Below are positions 55,796 to 64,000 of a stretch of 64,000 nt of DNA, in pieces. Numbering within the stretch: position 1 is the first letter of the stretch; every line of letters starts with the position of its first letter. Both the position numbers and the translations under genes were made by a program. Under the pieces are notes generated by a model. The model saw nothing but the letters and a program-made list of their open reading frames with translations. It was not told the origin of the DNA and ran no database searches. This stretch comes from the human T2T-CHM13v2.0 reference genome, Homo sapiens: assembly GCF_009914755.1 (NCBI RefSeq), contig NC_060937.1; one strand, given 5' to 3'.

Positions 55796-55874
55796 ACAAA
55801 AAAGAAAGACCTAGAACACCAGGTTAGGGTTAAGTATTCTAAAATTTAGCTGACTTACTCTGTTCTCTATAAAA

Positions 55875-56050
55875 CAGGTTGCCACAGAAAATATAGCATG
55901 CCCAGTTAATTTGAAATTTCAGATAAACAAATACTTTTCTCAGTGTAAGTCTATCCCATGCAATATTTGGGACATGATTATACTAAAATATTATTCCTTG
56001 TTTATCTGAAATTGAAATTTAACTGGGTATTACACAATTATAGCAGCCTG
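55875..56050. mobile_element. MER53 palindromic MITE
   Basis: cccagttaatttgaaatttcagataaaca ... tcccatgcaatatttggga ... tgtttatctgaaattgaaatttaactggg. Confidence 0.9.
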
Positions 56051-56539
56051 ACCATAAAAGATATGTAGGTTGAACAAAATTATACTTTAAACTTCAAGCT
56101 TTATAATAAATGCATTATTAATCAAGAACTATTATTTGCTGAGACCTGTGTAGATCCCAATATTTATCTTTTTAAATGTGGAACTAGGAAAGCTACATAA
56201 AGAACATTTATAGAAATAAATTACTGCTCTATAGCTGAAAGGAAAACTCTAGCTTTTATTTTCCTCCCCGAACTTAAGGTTTATTCTACATTTGTATAAA
56301 CAATAAAATTGCAGCTCAACTTTGGAAGCACAGATCATAATATAAAAATAAAGCAAAGGTCCCAGAAACATTTCACAGGCAACAAATCTTGCACATCATC
56401 TTACTATAGCAACTAAACATATAATAACTTAGAATGATCCACTAATTATAAGTAAAGAATAAATTCTTTTACAAAGCATAACTATTAATATTATTGACCA
56501 TCATAAGAGCAAATATTTTAAGTAAAACACCATGAATAC

Positions 56540-56795
56540 TTTACAGAAAGGAGCGAGTTGCAGACACAGTCATTCTTGGATTTCTTTCAACACCAGGCCT
56601 TCTTCCCTTTTGACCTGAACTGGGAGTTGAATATTTCCTCTCTTTGCCCACTGACCCTCTAGTCTCTGAAACATCTTTTGTACTAGAGGTATATGCAGAG
56701 ACTTCCTGGAAATTTGGATTTGTAAATTGTGCTGTTGTATCTTCTAGGCATTGCAGTGATCCAGATATAGAGCTGTTGCTCTTGCTTGTATAAGT
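56540..56795 (-). pseudogene. MLLT10: MLLT10 (AF10) single-exon unprocessed pseudogene fragment
   Basis: Minus strand translates TYTSKSNSSISGSLQCLEDTTAQFTNPNFQEVSAYTSSTKDVSETRGSVGKERKYSTPSSGQKGRRPGVERNPRMTVSATRSF, resembling recalled AF10 TYTSTSNNSISGSLKRLEDTTARFTNANFQEVSAHTSSGKDVSETRGS. Polypyrimidine tract upstream (acceptor now AC) and GT at 56539-56538. Confidence 0.88.
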
Positions 56796-57321
56796 GTAAC
56801 ATTTTGATTCAAAAAAGGAAGTAAAAGGATGAGAGTTGATTACATTTGGCTACTGACATTAATAATAATAATAATTGCACTTGTAATATAAACATCTGAA
56901 AGTTTTAGTTCTAAGAATGTCTGTCCACATAAGAAAATTATGTAAAAATAATTAATGTCTATTATAAGTATTTTCTTTAACCAAAGAAAAAGTATAATTT
57001 AAAGATGGCTGTTTACGGATCAAATTGCAGCAACTGGTAAAAGTAGATATTAGTCATATTTATTAAGTGACACACAGTGATACTGAAGGCACTTATTTTG
57101 CAAGAAACATCATTTTTCCCAACAAGAACATACTACATGCAAGACATGAAATGAAAATAAGCTTTAATTTTCACCACAGGAGGGTGACAATCAGAGAACT
57201 GAGGTGATACAGATCCATTAGAGGACCATATCCGTGAGTCTGTCAGTCTCTACTGTAGGACAGAGCAAGAATTTTTAAAGAATTTCGGTTAAGGCTTCTT
57301 TTCAAAAAAATACAAAGATTA

Positions 57322-58659
<1,338 letters not shown>

Positions 58660-59461
58660 AAAAAAATACAAAGATTAAAGCTTTTGAAACATAAATTATT
58701 TTTTCCAGTTATTACATTGAGGACAAAGTTATAGTTGCAAAATTAAGATTTTTATAACTATCCCTAAAATTGATTCTCAGTGACTCCCTTGATCTAAATA
58801 TGTTAAGGAAAAAGGCAAGATAAAGATGTGTTAAATATTTTCCAGTTTTTAATAATCAGCTTTAATATAAGGTACACCCAAATAATGGTTAATTAAATGA
58901 CAATGAAAGTATGTTATAGCACATGCTCACTCATCAACATGCCTTGAAATTAAAGGTTTATAAGGTGCATAAGGGCAAAGTTTTTGATGTTGCCATTACA
59001 TTCACAAAAGTATCTGAGGCACGTACAGCATGAAGTTCACTAAGTGCTTGCAACATAACCAGCACTAAATTTTGTTGAATAAATAAATGAATACATTTGT
59101 ATAGCATCTGTTCAAAATCTCTGGTGTAAAAATAAAAATAATCTGAAAACCTGCAAAACTGAAATTTCCCACATACGGCTGTCAATTTGTACAAAACGAT
59201 AAGACGAATTCCAAAATGAGAACATGACAATATAATCAAGTTTCAAAATGGCTGGTCGTTTTTAGCAAAACCCATGTTCAATAAAAGGAATAAGACATCA
59301 AATGTTTTGAGAACCAAAATTTTACTGCTGCTTTTCTAACACACTGTTGTTAACCTGAGCTCCCATCCTCTTACTGTCTATAACAGATTTTCATCATAAA
59401 ATACAAGAAACAGGCTGGATGCCTGTCAGTAACAGATTTTCATCATCAAATACAAGAAACA

Positions 59462-62952
<3,491 letters not shown>

Positions 62953-63660
62953 AGTCAAGAAACAACAGATGCTGGCAAGGCTGTGGATAAATAAACACTT
63001 TTACACTGTTGGTAGGAATGTTAATTAGTTCAATCATTGTGGAAGACAGTTTGGCGATTCTGCAAGGATCTAGAACCAGAAATACAATTTAACCCAGAAA
63101 TCTGATTACTGGGTATATATGCAAAGGACTATAAATCATTCTATTATAAAGATGCATGCACGCGTATGTTTATAGCAGCACTATTCCCATTAGCAAAAAC
63201 ATGGAATCAATCCAAATGTCCATCAATGATAGACTAGATAAAAAATGTGGTACATACACGCCATGGAATACTATGCAGCCATAAAAAGGAATGAGATCAT
63301 GTCTTTTGCAGGGACATGAATGAATCTGGAAACCATCATCTTTAGCAAACTAATACAGGAACAGAAGACCAAACACCACATGTTCTCACTCATAAGTGGG
63401 AGCTGAATAATGAGAACACCTGGACACAGGGAGAGGAACAACACACACTGGGGCCTGTCAGTGGGGATGGGGAGAGAGAGCATCAGGATAAATAGCTAAC
63501 ACATGTGGGGCTTAATACCTAGGCACCTAGGTTGTGGGTTGATAGGTACAGCAAATCATCATAGTGCACGTTTACCTACGTAACAAACATGCATATCCTG
63601 CACATGTATCCTGGAACTTAAAATAAAATTTAAAAAAATAAAATAAAAAGAAAACAGAAG
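62953..63660 (+). mobile_element. Older L1PA/PB 3' end
   Basis: gtcaagaaacaacagatgctggc...gtggggcttaatacctagg...ggaacttaaaataaaa. Confidence 0.88.
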
Positions 63661-63667
63661 AGTACAG

Positions 63668-64000
63668 CAAATTGGCTCACAGTTCCACAGCCTGTACAGC
63701 AAACATGATGCTGACATCTTCTCAGCTTCTGGGGAGGCCTCAGGACACTTAACAATCATGGTGGAAGGGAAAGCAAGAGCAGGAGGAAGAGAGAGAGGGG
63801 AAAGGTCCTACACACTTTAAACAACAAGATCTCATGAGAACTCTATCACAAGAGCAGAGCTAAGGGGTTTGTGCTTAACCATTAGAAACTACTCCCATGG
63901 ACCAGCCACCTCCCAGCAGGCCCCATCTCCGACAGTGGGAACCACTGGAGGCTGCTCCCGTGGACCCGCTGCCTTCCAGTAGGCCCCGTCTCCAACACTG
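63668..64000 (-). mobile_element. MST-family LTR (runs to window edge)
   Basis: aattggctcacagttccaca...ttctggggaggcctcagg...acaatcatggtggaagg. Confidence 0.85.

Overview
Primate (human or great-ape) genomic DNA, largely interspersed repeats (Alu, L1, MaLR/ERV LTRs, MIR, hAT/TcMar MITEs). The core is a complete nine-exon, intron-containing but inactivated FRG1 paralogue on the + strand (ATG 30595 to polyA signal 52715) with its CpG-island promoter. Its lesions are a dead exon-1 donor, an exon-2 frameshift, nonsense codons in exons 3, 6 and 9, a 3-nt deletion in exon 3 and a dead exon-9 acceptor. A single orphan MLLT10 (AF10) exon with intron-like flanks lies downstream on the - strand. This arrangement is typical of the FRG1 segmental-duplication family (4q35-derived pericentromeric/acrocentric copies). 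Smaller features: a tailless tRNA-Arg(ACG) 5'-half retrocopy and a 112-bp tandem duplication in FRG1 intron 6, a MADE1 inside an Alu, a MER53 hairpin, a twin-primed inverted L1 with an 18-bp TSD, and an old local duplication at 10.5-14.4 kb flanking a GC-rich promoter-like island with minus-strand splice signals. I found no intact protein-coding gene and no convincing wholly new biological system. Comparisons with FRG1, MLLT10 and repeat consensuses are from memory, not from alignment, and repeat boundaries are approximate unless a TSD is given.
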